Below, one piece after another: positions 1 to 26,174 of a DNA stretch of 64,000 bases. The notes under the pieces are model-generated. The model made no database searches, had not been told where the DNA came from, and saw only the letters and a list, made by a program, of their open reading frames with translations. The position numbers and the translations under genes are program-made. Positions within the stretch are counted from its first letter, which is position 1. Each line of letters begins with the position of its first letter. This DNA comes from Amoebidium appalachense (lineage: Eukaryota; Protista; Ichthyosporea). Location of the stretch: positions 9,032,334 through 9,096,333 of the forward strand of contig CAVNZM010000005.1 in assembly GCA_963693365.1 (NCBI GenBank), written 5' to 3'.

Positions 1-521
1 CAGACATTGTACGTTCACAGTTTCTGTCACACAGTCACCGTCCAACACAAATGGAAAACTATCGTTCTCTGAGCACTTGCAAGAATACCAGTTATAATCC
101 ACCTCCACCATTTTAAAGCCTTTTTTTTAATTTTTTTTTATTTTAATTTTAAGGTCTAGAAGATATGATGATCAAAAAAAAAAAAAAAAGAAAAAAAAAG
201 AAAAGAAAAAAAGAGAGAAAAAAAAAAAAGTGGCCCAAGTGACTACGTACGTGCACATACGACCCACTTTGCATGCAAGCAGTGGACTGAAAACCACAAA
301 GGAACACACGTGGATTGTGGGAGCCCACATTCATTGATTTGCTCTACACGGTGCAGTAGCACAATCCGTATAGTTTGTGTGGTTGCTGCAATGTCGAAGC
401 CCTAGTTAGTACCACACATAATATAAAAACACTCCACAATACCTAAACACACACGGCAAGTGTGATGCAGACAAAGTGGGGAAATAACACATGACGGGGG
501 AACACACACCCCCCCCCCCTT

Positions 522-553
<32 letters not shown>

Positions 554-989
554 AAAAAAAAAACCACCCCAACACCCACCATAAACCCCCACCCACGTGC
601 AGCTGTGCAACACCGAAGCCACACATGCCCAGCCAGTCCACCAAGGAGAGTTAAATCACACCTATTGTTCCCACAGCTAATGGCCCTACTCTTTGTTCGA
701 GAAAAGGGTGGAGAAAACTAAATCGTATTAATACCTACTAATAAGATTCATCAAAGTCACGGCGATAAAGACACGACTTCAGATAGACATCGTTAACCCT
801 AAGAAGACGTGCAACCCCCCCCCCCCCCCCCCCCCCCCCTCTCCCCCCCCCCCTCCGGGAGACGCCACCTGAAAAAAACAGCACAAAACCAAAAAAAAAC
901 AAAACGAGAAAACGAGAAAAAAAAAACAAAAGAAAAAAAAAACAAAAACAAAACAAAACAAAAAAACATAATTTTCATCACACTCTTTC

Positions 990-1425
990 TTATTCCTTAT
1001 TCTTGATCAGCCGGTAGTTCTCCAGGTCTGCCGGGCGCAGCTTAGCCCTCTGCATCTTAACCCATTTGCGGTAGTCTGCCAGGGTGGCAATCTTTTCGCC
1101 GTAAAAGTCCTCCCCCATCTTCTGCAGGTCAAGCACCCGGTGCCTGTTGATGCGTTTTTGATAGTCCGTTGTGCGCTGTTGGGGTTGTGTCGTGTTAATC
1201 TGTGTTGTTTGTTTGTTTGTTTGTTTCTTTCTTTTCTTATTATTATTATTATTATTATTATTATTTTATTTTATTTTGGGGGGGGGGGGGGGGGGGGGGG
1301 ATGTGTTGTCGAGTGCGAAGGGCACATTCACAACAGAGAACACAATGCAGAGTGCACATCAAGCATCAGAGTATACTAATCAGCAAAGCATATGGGGCGG
1401 AGGGGTTAGGGTGGGGCAGGGAAAG

Positions 1426-1471
<46 letters not shown>

Positions 1472-1698
1472 ATGGATTAACAGATCCTACCGAAATTGTC
1501 TGAATAGAAGTCCATGGCAGAATATGAGGGGGGGGGGGGGGCTTCTACGTGTAGTATACAGTGAGTGCAAACTCTTCAGAGCAAAGCAGTGCCAGCCCAA
1601 GAAATGAAAAGGGAGAGCCTATAGAGTCCACCCAGAACTCTGGCTGTATACGTAAGCTTTCACGCCAGGACTTACAGAGACATGAACACGGTTTGCAC

Positions 1699-1733
<35 letters not shown>

Positions 1734-2191
1734 TGTGATCACGTGCCCACGGGTATGTGTGCGTGTGTAGTGCTTCATTGTGGGGCCGGTGGTGTGAACG
1801 TGGTTGTGTCTGTATGTTCTTGCGCACGTGTGTTTGCATACGCGTGCTCTGGGGATGGCGGGTGGGCGCCGGGGGGAGGGGGGGGGTTGTGCGGAACACG
1901 GTACGAGGTACACATACACGATGAGAAGCATGGTGCAGGACACATGCAAAGTATGCAACATCAGCAATGCGCACAGTATGCATCATAAGCAGAGCCCATT
2001 CTCAGGGAGGGCCCAAGTCATCAAATGTGTCTGAGTTTCAGCCCCTGAGCTCGCGTACTTACGACTCTCCAACTCAGACAGCAGCATCAGGGGGTATGGG
2101 GGGATGTTACAGAGTGTAGAATCACACACGAGTCATGACTTATTGTAGATAGGCAGAGGAAAGAGAGAATAAAGAAAAAAACATGCAAACC

Positions 2192-2228
<37 letters not shown>

Positions 2229-2410
2229 GGGGGGGGGGGGGGGGGGGGAAGAGTATGCAGGTCCAGTAGAGCCCATTGTCCAGGGGAAGCGGGGTATGTG
2301 GGAGGGTAGGGAGGGTAGGGTTGGTGGGTGATTTATTAATTTTTTTCTTTCTTTCTTATCTTTTTCTTTTTTTTTCTTTCTTTTTTTTTTTTTTTTTTTT
2401 GTGTGTGGGT

Positions 2411-2445
<35 letters not shown>

Positions 2446-2576
2446 GGGATGGCAAGGATGGAAGCATAAGAAATTGAAAAAAATGAAGTAAACCCATCAT
2501 CAAGGAGGTCCACATGCATCCACAAACGAATGTCCTTCGACAGACCCACAGGGGCCGGGGCCAGGGGAGGAGGAGC

Positions 2577-2615
<39 letters not shown>

Positions 2616-3735
2616 CATCAACATGGGCAGGAAGTGGGAAAGGTGGGAGGGGGGAGGGGGGGGGGGGGGGGGGAGGAATATCTCACCAGCTGAATCTGGT
2701 TTGCAAGATCGCGATTGAAAATTCTCCATGCACCGCGGAACACGCTGCCACCCACAACATAGCCGATACCCATGGCCACGAGGTTGCTGGCAATCATCGC
2801 AATCATGGGGTCGACCATGCCCCTGCAAAAAAAAAAAAAAAAGAAAAGAAAAAAAAAAACAAAAAAAAAAACGATTAAGTTTCCGATTAGATAAAGATTA
2901 AGCCGATCAATAGACTCGAGCAGATAAACGACCACGTGTACGACCAGATGGGAATTAAAAGCTATTGGTGAGCATTGCATGGAATACTAAAATCTGAATG
3001 ACAATGAGATGGAAAAAAATCAATGTCTTGTTGGTGTCACAGTTATTGAACTACACGAAGCCAACCAAGCCCCCACTCCCCTTCCCCCCCCCCCCCCCCC
3101 CCCCCCCCCTTCCCCCCTCCACCCTTCCCGTGCCTCCCCCCTACCCCCCCTCCATACCCATGTGCACACCGGAACCCCCCCCCCCCCCCCTCACACACAC
3201 ACACACACACAAGCGAAACCCCCTTCCCATCTCTCCTACTTCTATGTGCCTTGATATGCTCCCCCCTCCCCCCTCCCACCCACCCACCCTTCCACCCCCC
3301 CCCCCCCCCCCCCCCCCCCACCATACACACACACACAGACACACCACCACCACCACCACACACACACACACAAACATACACACCACCACGACCACACCGC
3401 CCGCCCGCTCCCACGCCTGCCTAAATCAACGCAGGAACACGCACGCTCCTTTACCCCACACCATCCACAGCACAATAAGTCTCATTTCAGCACACATACC
3501 TTTTACAAATGCCCCCCCCGCCCCCCCCCCCTCCACCCATCTCCCCCCCCCCCCCCCCTTTTTTTTTTCCGTTTTGCATCCAAACTGATACACTATAAAG
3601 AACCCCTCCCATATGTACCCCAGGCCATTCCCTCCAACCCACCCCTCCTCAACCATCCACCTTCCCACCACACAAGAACATAAAACACACACACAAACAC
3701 TCATTGGCAACCCCCCCAAACCTCTCAAAAAAAAA

Positions 3736-3778
<43 letters not shown>

Positions 3779-3886
3779 AATACACACACACAAAAAAACA
3801 CACACACCAAACATCAGCCACGAACGAGCAACGAACAAAGAGTCAACCCACCCCCCCCCACCCCCCCCCCCCCCTCCCAAAAAAAA

Positions 3887-3922
<36 letters not shown>

Positions 3923-5625
3923 CAGGAAAAAGCGGCCCACTTACATAATCAGCATCGCCTGTGGGTTCTGAGGGTCGAAATTCGGGTCCTGATCAGGAGC
4001 AAAGATGTACGGGTTCTGCCTCACCCACGTGAAAGACGACCCGAACCCAAACCCAAAACCAAACGGAATACCCGCAAGCCTTCCCCTCAACTTGAGCTTG
4101 TTCATCCACTCTCTGTACTGCTCAAACGGGAGGGTTATCGCTCTTCCCTCCCCGGCGGAGGCAGCGGTTTTGGTTGACTGTTGCGTTAAACGCTGTGCGG
4201 TGCTGTGGAAGAGGGTGGTGTTTGAGTAAATAGACTGTACTGGATGAGAAAAAGGGTGGAAAGTAAACGAAATATAAAAAGCCAAGAGGGAAAAGGGGTT
4301 TGCTTCTTTTGCTTCAAGGAATGAGGAAGCGCGGGGTGAGGCTGGGGGGGGGGGGGGGGGGGGGGATTCTTGGAATGCAAGGCCATGAGAAACGGCATGC
4401 GAGCAGGGGAGAAGGGTGGGCTTTGGGTGTGGCCTGGGGGAGACGGGGGGGAGGGGGGGGGAGAGGGGCACGACCTGGGAGGGGGGGGGGGGGAGGGATG
4501 AGAGAGGAGAGAGAGAGGACGGGAGGGAGGGAGAGAGAAATGGTGTGCGTGTGTGTGCACGTGCACATGTGCGCATACGGGTTCATACATTGCACGGGTT
4601 AAACAACCGTAAGACATTCATGCAGGAGCACACACGTGTGGGTGTGCAGTGCGTGTGCGCACACACATACACACGTGACTCTTCCACGTATAACTTGTAA
4701 ACCCGTACCGTGGATGTCTCCATACACAAGTGCACACGCATAGAACACACACTCTTTCTATCTCTCTCCCTCTCCCTCTCCCCCCTTCTTTTTCTCTCAA
4801 GCTCGTCTTTCTTCCCTCTGCCCTGTCCGTTTCTGCCTCTCCACCACTTTCTCTTCCCGGCCCCCCCCCCCCCCCCCCCCCCCCCCTCCCCCCCCCTGCT
4901 TTGTCCCCCCTCAGCCACATCCTCTCACTTCATACCGTCGCTTACCCCGCCCTCCCTCCCTCCCCCTCCCCTCCCCCCCCCCCCCCCCCTCCCTTCCCGC
5001 CCCTCTCGTCACCCGTCGCGTGACCCCCCCCCCCCCCCCCCCCCTTCTCCCCCGCCTCAAAAAAACGACATTCGTAACGTGTGCACGTGCAGCTTGTCTG
5101 CAATGCTTGGTCTGCCACAAGTACAGCACAGTTCGTATACTTCATTCCCACATGCAAGAAAACCACAGTTCAGTTAGTTCCAAACAGTTGAAACCCGCAG
5201 TGGTCGTGTACAATACATGCGGTGAAAAACGCGCGAGGGTGCTTCAAGCCAAGCATTGAAAGAGGCCACAAAGTCAGCCAAAAACTAAGATGGCACCAGA
5301 AAAACCAAGTCTCAGAGAAACAGAACGCCGAAAGAACGGTTGCATGTACCTGTCCTTATTGTCTGAGTGTTTGCAACCGATTGCTTCTTAGATGACGAGA
5401 AGCGGCCCGGGGAGGGGGGGGGAGAGAGGGTGTGTGTGTGTGTGTGGGGAGGGGGGGGGGAGAGGGGGGGGGGGGGGGGGGGGGGGGGGGGAGGGGGAAG
5501 AGAACAGGTTTCACCAACCTTCTAAAGGAGCGAGCTGCCGTCTGGGTTGAAGACGAAACGTTGAGTGAGGCAACCGCTAACCGCCTGAACGGCGCAGAAA
5601 AATTCTGAAGACCAGCAAGTGCCAT
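990..5625 (-). CDS. PAM17: Pam17-like presequence translocase-associated motor subunit (mitochondrial), 4 exons, 226 aa
   Basis: Exons complement(5515-5625, 3945-4192, 2687-2822, 990-1175), all GT-AG and phase-consistent, 681 nt. The Arg/Ser-rich N-terminus lacks acidic residues, as in a presequence (MALAGLQNFSAPFRRL...). Two hydrophobic segments follow (GIPFGFGFGF; GMVDPMIAMIASNLVAMGIGYVVGG). The C-terminal KRINRHR...EDFYGEKIATLADYRKWVK matches the Pam17 signature DYYGEKIxSLxxYRxWL. Confidence 0.82.
1887..2008 (-). repeat. Diverged copy of the poly-C-flanked repeat in Pam17 intron 3
   Basis: Minus strand reads ccctgagaatgggctctgcttatgatgcatact...tgtgtacctcgtacc...caa followed by a C tract. 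Confidence 0.7.
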
Positions 5626-6212
5626 CTTGGAAAATCTACCACCGAAAAGCGGGTGTGATTATCAAGTACTGCTGGAAAATGGTGGCGTTTAGGTCCACAA
5701 CAATGACGATGGAACAAGAACCAGTCTTCCGAAATTCTTGTGCCCAGCGTAGCGACAACGAAACGTACAAAGTCGCCGTACGTTTTTGATAACTTCTCAA
5801 GAAAAAAAACCAAAAACAAAAAAAAGGGGGAAAAAAACTGCGTTGAGCACTCAAGAAACACGAAAAAGTGGCACGGCCGCGGTGGCTGGGCCATGTGGCT
5901 TATCAAGGCGTTTTCGCGCCTTACCATTTTTGGTGCATTTGCGTCTTCAATCGTGCCTCAGTGAAAGATCGCCCGTCCATGAGTTGCTTTAAGGTTTCGG
6001 CTCAGTTTCCCAAACTTTTTGTTCAACTTACAATATCAGCCCATTTTTTGTGCTGGAAAACATGAACATTATTGACTGCGAATGATTAACAGCTAAAACA
6101 GGAGAGGGTGGCCCAGTGAGTGGGTGGGTGGGTGTGCGGATGGGTGGGTGGGGGGCAGGCTGTGTGTGTGTACATGTGTGTACGCGCGCGCGCGTGTGTA
6201 TTTGTGTGTGCG

Positions 6213-6274
<62 letters not shown>

Positions 6275-6297
6275 TGTGTTTGTGTGTGTGTGTAAAC

Positions 6298-6342
<45 letters not shown>

Positions 6343-6449
6343 CGTGTACGTGTGTACGTGTGTGTGTGTGTGTGTGTGACACTGTGTGCGTGTGTGTGCG
6401 TTTGTGTGTGATGGTGGGCATGGTGGTGGTGATAATGGCGGGTAGGTGC

Positions 6450-6522
<73 letters not shown>

Positions 6523-6656
6523 GTAATGATTCGGTGGGATTTGGAACCGATAGAGCCTCAGGGGGAACGCCTGTCATGTGGGTCCCGAGTCACCCTCGAG
6601 AAGGGGATGGAGGTGGTGGCGGCACGGTGGTGGTGGTAATAAGCAATTAGTAGTGG

Positions 6657-6688
<32 letters not shown>

Positions 6689-7348
6689 AGACCTCTGGCT
6701 GGTGTCCGTGTATTGAATCACAGTGCTACGACCAATATATATCACAGCATATGCTGCTTCATTATTCTTACCGTGAATACAAGCAATTTGAAACCTTTTT
6801 GGGCACTGCCCACCCCGGATTTACCGGGTTTTGTGTATTCTTCCAAGTTTAAGTTTACCTCCTAGTCAGGTCACGGCCGAGACCTTTACACGGCCATCTC
6901 GAAATACCAAACCGATCAACTCAGTCAGTCTATACACGTGACAAAAAGCCACCTACTCCCATTGAAAAGCTGAATCTGAAGTTAAAAAACGACGGAATCT
7001 GTTGCAGTGTTAACTTTGAACATCATTTCTAATAAGAAATAGTTCCTGTATTCCAATGGACAAACGAAGGACTTCAAGGGTCGACAAGGGTGAATAATAC
7101 ATCATAATATATCCTTTTTTCGCCTCAAAAGAACTGAGCCTGTTCTTTCTAACTCACCAAATGTGTGATGAGATGTCCTTAGAACTCGGTACAAAACATC
7201 AGGTCATACTGATACTGAAATACTTTGAAGTTATGAAAAAATTACAACATTATGCCTTGCCTTCTTAGTGCCTATAGAAGTACAACAGTCGCGCGAACGG
7301 TTAGTTTTCCATCTATTCCTGCAATGGGATAGGCCTGAGTGTCCAGAA

Positions 7349-20072
<12,724 letters not shown>

Positions 20073-21672
20073 GGTGACTAATTGAGCTAAGTGAACGTAT
20101 GCCTGATGTTAGACGGCCAACATCAGAACCTCCAGAACTTGCGAAAACTGCGGTGACTCGAGTGTGGTTGTTTGTTTTTCGATGCCTTCCAAATAAGGTA
20201 AAAACTGGTTGATAAAAGCGCACTGGCCTTTCCTCGATAGTGTCAAAGAAAATCATGATTCAAACAAAAGTTGTAGCTCAGTACCGAAATTCGAGTACTT
20301 TTCCAGAAGAATTTGCCACGAGCAAAAAGGTTTTTCATAATTGAGCTTTGGTTTCTATAAAATAGAGCCATGATTGGTTTTGTGTTGGATTGGTGTTGGA
20401 ATACATGTCCATCGCCACTGTTTCACAAGTACATTTTCCTTGTTTATATCGATCTCTCCGACTTGTCAGAGGTCGTCACTTATCGCTGATGGCGCCCAGA
20501 TAAGCAGACGCGCCGGCTCTCTCACTTTTCCGTCTTTGGCTGAGGCTAGCCACCTGAGCACATGAACCCGAGAAAGTTAGATAGGACGCATATGCCTTGC
20601 CATCTTCATACCACATATCAAGCATTGTAAGCTTGTTTATTTTGTATGTAAGAGAAGAATAAACGTTCGCATGTAAAGAACATGTGCCAGATGCATGATC
20701 CCATGGCCACATATTGAAAGATGGCCATGGCGATGGCCCTGGCCGCACAGATCTTCGAATGCCGCGGCCGCCCTTAGCACAGCTCCTCAGAACATCATCT
20801 GTAATAAATAATACTTTGGCTGAATGTGAAACTCCCTCCCTCGTTCCTCGTGGGGGGACCTTCCCCCCCCCCCCCCCTTCCTCCCCCAATCCCCCCCTTC
20901 CCCTCCTTCCCCCCCCCCTCCCCCCGGCGGTCCCCCCCTTCCCCCCTTCCCCCCCTCCCCCCCCCCCTTCTCCCCCATCATATCCCGGTCCCCTCCCTCC
21001 CTTCCCCCCCCCCCCCCCCCCCCCCCCGGCCCTTCTCGAGCTCCCCCTCCCCACTCCCCCCTTCCAGATTACGCCCCGGATTCATGATTAACCTGCAGAA
21101 CATGTTGCAGCCTTCTGCGGAACCCTCCATAACAATGGCGTGGATTTCAGAAAGGTCAGCCTTCTTTGCCCTCTATGACTGTCACAAACTAAATGCATCC
21201 ACAGGTGTGAATGCCAACCAATAACGTTGATGAGCTTCCCAGCCTTCCCGATCGGTTAATTTATTAATAAAACAAATATTTTACACTAGAAAATGTGCCT
21301 GTGCCATGCACGACCGCAAGTTTTAACCATGGTGCACGTGTTATATGAGGACTGTGTGACTCGGAGCCGCTGGTGTTAACGGCAGCACCGTCTCTGTATT
21401 TACTTGTGTGTGTGTGTTTGTCCTTATGTCAAACCGCATGCTTGCGCGGGGGAAGGTGATGTTTGTTTTTGCAAACACAAACAAATTGTGTGATTGTGGC
21501 TGTTTTGGTTGTGTGACGGTCACTTGGCTTTTAGTTTTGTGTGTGTGTGTGTGTGTGTTTAAAGTGTGTGTGTGTCACACGCGTGGTGCTTGTGTGTGTG
21601 TGTGTGTGTGTGTGCGTGTGCGTGTGTGTGTGTGTGTGTGACACTGTGTGTGCACGTGTGTGTGATGTCACA

Positions 21673-21712
<40 letters not shown>

Positions 21713-21717
21713 GCAGT

Positions 21718-21748
<31 letters not shown>

Positions 21749-22275
21749 TGTGTGTGTGCATGTGTGTGCACGCTTGCGTGCATCACTACTGCCACCGTAT
21801 GCCATCAGTAGTTGTTTGCACACGTAAGTAATTTTTTTCTAGCATGCATACGATGTTAATCATTTAAGGTTGCCGTATATACTATCACACGGTATTTATG
21901 CATGGGGTTGACAGTCTTCGCACAGTGCTTACATCAGGTGTTCGGATGCGATGGAGAAGGGGGCAGGAGAACGAGAACGAAGGAGGGAGGGAGGGGGGAG
22001 AGGGGGGGAGGGGGGGGAGGGGGGGGGGGGGGCAGGTTGTACGGAAGGGGGTTGCATTCATAATGTTACTTTTGTATTTTATGAGTTTATTTGTTTTAAT
22101 CAGACATTCGAGAGTGGTTGATGCACAGCATCATCGTTTCTTGCACAAGACAGCCGAAGTAAACTTTCACCGCCATACGATATAGACGTATACACATAGA
22201 TGTATCATAAAAGTTACATGTCTCGTAACATCCGCGCGTGTGGCCTCACTGCCTTTGTTCGTGTTCGGGCCATAT

Positions 22276-23694
22276 TCAAGCGTCAACCTTCTTTTCGCTC
22301 AACTCCACGGGCACAGCCGAGTCCACGGCGTCAGCTGCGGCGTTGATTCTCTTGTGGGCCACGAGGCCCGTGAAGGGGATGGAGACCTCAAACAGCACCC
22401 AGCAGATGACCATCTGCACCAGCCACGAGTGCGTGTGGTTGGCCAGGCTGTTGTCGATGCTCCACGCCACCGCCGCCCCGGCCGACTGCACCCCCTTGTA
22501 GTAGCCGGCAAACCGCGCAGACTCGTCGCAGTCGTCCGTGATGGCGCCCATGACCCAGTAGGCGTAGGTCTGCAGCATGGCGTCGGCCATGCCGTACATC
22601 AGGAACACGAGGATGGGGTACAGGTAGTCCGCACCGTCCGTAACGTCAATGCGGGGCCGGCACGTGTTTGTGTTGGGGTTGTACACCATGCCGGCACAGG
22701 CGGGGTCGGTGGACAGGTTCTTGTCGTAGCCGCCCTGGTAGCCGATCTGCAGGTACAGTCCCAGGCAATAGGTGACGGTGAAGAAGACGCCGAGGATGGC
22801 CAGCCCGTACAGACCGCGCAGGCGCTTGCTCATGCTGGGCCGGTCCAGGAACACCTGCCCAAACAGGTAGGCCCCGAGCATCTGCGAGCCCCAGTACAGC
22901 GCACTGTTGAGGCCACGGGCACGCACACTGAACAGACCGCCATTGACAGCGTTGAACTGGTAGGTGTAGAACCAGTTGGAGGCAATAAACAGGGGCGTGA
23001 GCAGCAGCATGTTGACGTTGGTGAACATCATGGCCACGTTCTTGAACTCCTCCAAGGGGCCGGTGGCCTTTGCAAACGACACGGGCATGCCGTCCTCACG
23101 CACGACACTCTTGGGGTTGGCAAGAAGAACAAAGGCCGCAATGGAGCCACAGCCCATGAGGGCAGCAAAGGCGAAGTAGGAGGCGGGGTTGGCCTTTCCG
23201 ACCTCGTTGTTGTAGTTGAGGGCAAACGAGAGGATGCCGCCCACTAGGCCGCCGAGGTTGAAGATGATCCAGAAGATGGAGATGTACGTGCCCTTCTTCT
23301 CGGGCGTGGCATAGGCCATCATCATGGCGCCCTGGGCCGTCCAGAACAGGCCGGCACCAATGCCCAGCACGGCGCCCGAGAGGATGGCCAGCCAGCCAAG
23401 GTCGGGATTGACGCCGGCCAGGTACTGGGCCACGGCATAGAAGCAATAGGTGGCGCCGCCCACGCCCATGAGGATGCGGTTGCCAAAGATGTTGAAGAAC
23501 AGGCCGCCAAAGTAGCCAAAGACGGCAAAGGTGGCGTACAGCGCCGTGTTGGCATTGTTGGCCACCGTGGGGTCATCGGACCCGGCACCGCCCAGCCCGG
23601 AGAGGGCGTTGAAGATGCCCGGGCAGCAGAAGGCGATGAACGACACAATCACTATCTGTGACTTGGCCGACGTGTACTTGTCCGCAACCCCCAT
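22276..23694 (-). CDS. Intronless MFS transporter, UNC-93-like (DUF895) family, NOPE1/NGT1-type putative GlcNAc transporter, 472 aa
   Basis: Uninterrupted ORF with about 12 hydrophobic segments and strong GC3 bias. Signatures FCCPGIFNALSGLGGAG..DPTVANNANTALY, GAGLFWTAQGAMM.Y...KGTYISIFW.IFNLGG, SNWFYTYQFN and G.YKGVQSAG.AVAW are typical of plant/fungal UNC93-like (NOPE1/NGT1) proteins. ATG 23694 is preferred to the upstream 23805 because codon bias and homology start there. Confidence 0.92.
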   Translation of the reverse strand: MGVADKYTSAKSQIVIVSFIAFCCPGIFNALSGLGGAGSDDPTVANNANTALYATFAVFGYFGGLFFNIFGNRILMGVGGATYCFYAVAQYLAGVNPDLGWLAILSGAVLGIGAGLFWTAQGAMMMAYATPEKKGTYISIFWIIFNLGGLVGGILSFALNYNNEVGKANPASYFAFAALMGCGSIAAFVLLANPKSVVREDGMPVSFAKATGPLEEFKNVAMMFTNVNMLLLTPLFIASNWFYTYQFNAVNGGLFSVRARGLNSALYWGSQMLGAYLFGQVFLDRPSMSKRLRGLYGLAILGVFFTVTYCLGLYLQIGYQGGYDKNLSTDPACAGMVYNPNTNTCRPRIDVTDGADYLYPILVFLMYGMADAMLQTYAYWVMGAITDDCDESARFAGYYKGVQSAGAAVAWSIDNSLANHTHSWLVQMVICWVLFEVSIPFTGLVAHKRINAAADAVDSAVPVELSEKKVDA

Positions 23695-24398
23695 TTTTCG
23701 CGTTTTGCTTGCACCTACCGAATGAATTGTGTTTGTGATCCTCACCACTAAAGAATGATAGCGGAACAATGCCACAGCAGCGTCTATATAGCCGTTGGCT
23801 TGCATTCGTCAGCCTGAGCCAGGAATCCATCAACCAATCGGCGACGAGTAGATCTTCTGATAATCGGCTCTACCTTCAAGTCACAACCTGCCCCCCCCCC
23901 CCCCCCCCCCCCCGCGGCCATTCAAGGCCCGGCCGGAGCTAGCCCTCAGTGCCACACTGTGATCCGTCACCACCTTCCACTGGTGTCGAACCCACCCTTA
24001 ACCTCGACCAACACTACCCTAGGCCTTCCCCCAGGCCCAGCTAGCTATAGTGCCCCCCAGCCCGCAGACCATCATATGTTCATGTATGCATGTATTAGTT
24101 CGTAGGCTTAAGGTATACAAGCCTGCTCGCATTGCAATTGAAGCGTTGGGGCACTCAGAGAACGTATTTATAAAACAAACAAAAAAGTAGGAATATCAGA
24201 ACAGCTTGGTAAAGGCGTGATTTCCAAACATGTACAGGATGGCGACAACAACAACAAAGGTATATATTGATATGGTCCCGGTGCGCCACAGTGACTGTGT
24301 GTCTTACCTTACAAAGACTCGTGTCCACCGTTACATGCACAAACAAACTTGACAGACAATACATTTCTTGTGTGTGCATGCACCTCATCATGACACGG

Positions 24399-24488
<90 letters not shown>

Positions 24489-24533
24489 TGTGTGTGTGTA
24501 TGCGTGCGTGTGTTTGACTGTGTGTAATGTGTG

Positions 24534-24578
<45 letters not shown>

Positions 24579-25136
24579 CTGTGTGCCGTAATGCTATATG
24601 GCTTTGACGTACGGTACAACAAAACCAGAGGTGCTTCAGATTATTGCTATCAGTTCCCCCCTTCTGAAAAACATAAAGATTCAAAATAACACAAATACCG
24701 ATAAAGCCAAAACTACACACGCCCTCTGAGTCATTTTTTGACAAGTCCACTGCATACAGCATGTACACCCAAACCGAGAACTTGGCCCGCCAGAACACAC
24801 ACTGCCTACATGTACGTACAATGGTAAGGTCACGATATTATTCGGTTTGTGGGTGCATGGCCTAAACCTATCTCATATAGATGCATGTAGGGCGCAACTG
24901 GGCTGCCGTGTGGCAACGTGTTTGCAGGCCCAAGCCAGTAGTCTCATGGCCTTAGTGATGGTGGGTGGCTGCAGAATCATTGCGCCGTCATGCTACTCAT
25001 AGATCCTGCTGTGATCGTGTGCGTACATCATGGTTGTGTTTGTGCGCGCATGTGGGTGCATGTGTGTGTGTGCTCATGCATTGCCAATCGTGTGTATCAG
25101 GTACTGTTCGTGTGTCACAGGGCTTGTGGGTTGTTG

Positions 25137-25243
<107 letters not shown>

Positions 25244-25252
25244 CGCGCGCAA

Positions 25253-25337
<85 letters not shown>

Positions 25338-25373
25338 GAGGGGGGGGGGGGGGGGGGGGAGGGGGGGAAGCGG

Positions 25374-25517
25374 TTAGGATACGGAACATTGTACGAAGTA
25401 CAACTACGCGACGAGAAAAACCGGGCCATGAAACTGCAAAAGCTAACTTGCAAGAATGCAAGATCATCATTGTGTGGTATGCAACATGGAAATAAGGAGA
25501 GCCCATCCTCAGAGGGG
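25374..25517 (-). repeat. Diverged copy of the poly-C-flanked repeat
   Basis: Minus strand reads cccctctgaggatgggctctccttatt...tgtacttcgtac...cctaa, with C tracts nearby on both sides. Confidence 0.6.
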
Positions 25518-25559
25518 TCGTTAACTGAAAATTATTTTCAAAGGTTGGAATTTTTGGGG

Positions 25560-25598
<39 letters not shown>

Positions 25599-25740
25599 TC
25601 CGGTTCAGTCAATGGCTGAATCGAGAAACAAACTTGAAATTGTGTGCGTGTCTGTGTGTGTGTGCGCGCGCGGGTGTGTGTGTGTGCCCACGGGAGGAAA
25701 AGAGAAGGGGGGGGGGGGGGGGGAGGGGGGCCTCGGAGTG

Positions 25741-25785
<45 letters not shown>

Positions 25786-26143
25786 CGTGTGCGTGCGTGT
25801 GTGTGTGTGTGTGTGTGTGAGTGTGTGTGTGTGTGTGTGTTTGTGTGGAATTCGAAACGTGGTGGGCAGGGGGGGAGGGTCAGTCAATGGCTGAATTGTG
25901 AATCAATTTGTATGTGTGTGTGTGTGTGCGCGCGCACGCACGTGCGAGGAAACAAGGAAGGGGGCAGGGAAGGACCCTCGGCATGTGTGTGTCTGGGTGT
26001 GTGTATGTGTGTGTGCGTGTATGTGTGTGTGTGTCTGTGTGCGTGTGTGAGATTGTGTGTGTGTGTGTGTGTGTGACAGATTGTGTGTGTGTGTGTGGAA
26101 ACGGGGGGGGGGGGGGGGGGGGGGAAGAGAGGGGGGGCTCGGA

Positions 26144-26174
<31 letters not shown>

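Noticed and set aside
35-97. Terminal exon of an upstream gene (SPSNTNGKLSFSEHLQEYQL*)
   Set aside because: Plausible acceptor and stop, but too short to support without upstream sequence.
7165-7218. C/D snoRNA (gtgatga...ctga)
   Set aside because: Span is only about 50 nt and there is no terminal stem.
20476-21240. Small gene or Harbinger-like fragment between the transporter and the hexosaminidase
   Set aside because: Only a short AAFCGTLHN resemblance, preceded by an in-frame stop; no TIRs.
22240-23247. 335-aa plus-strand ORF
   Set aside because: Antisense shadow of the GC3-rich transporter; no independent motifs.
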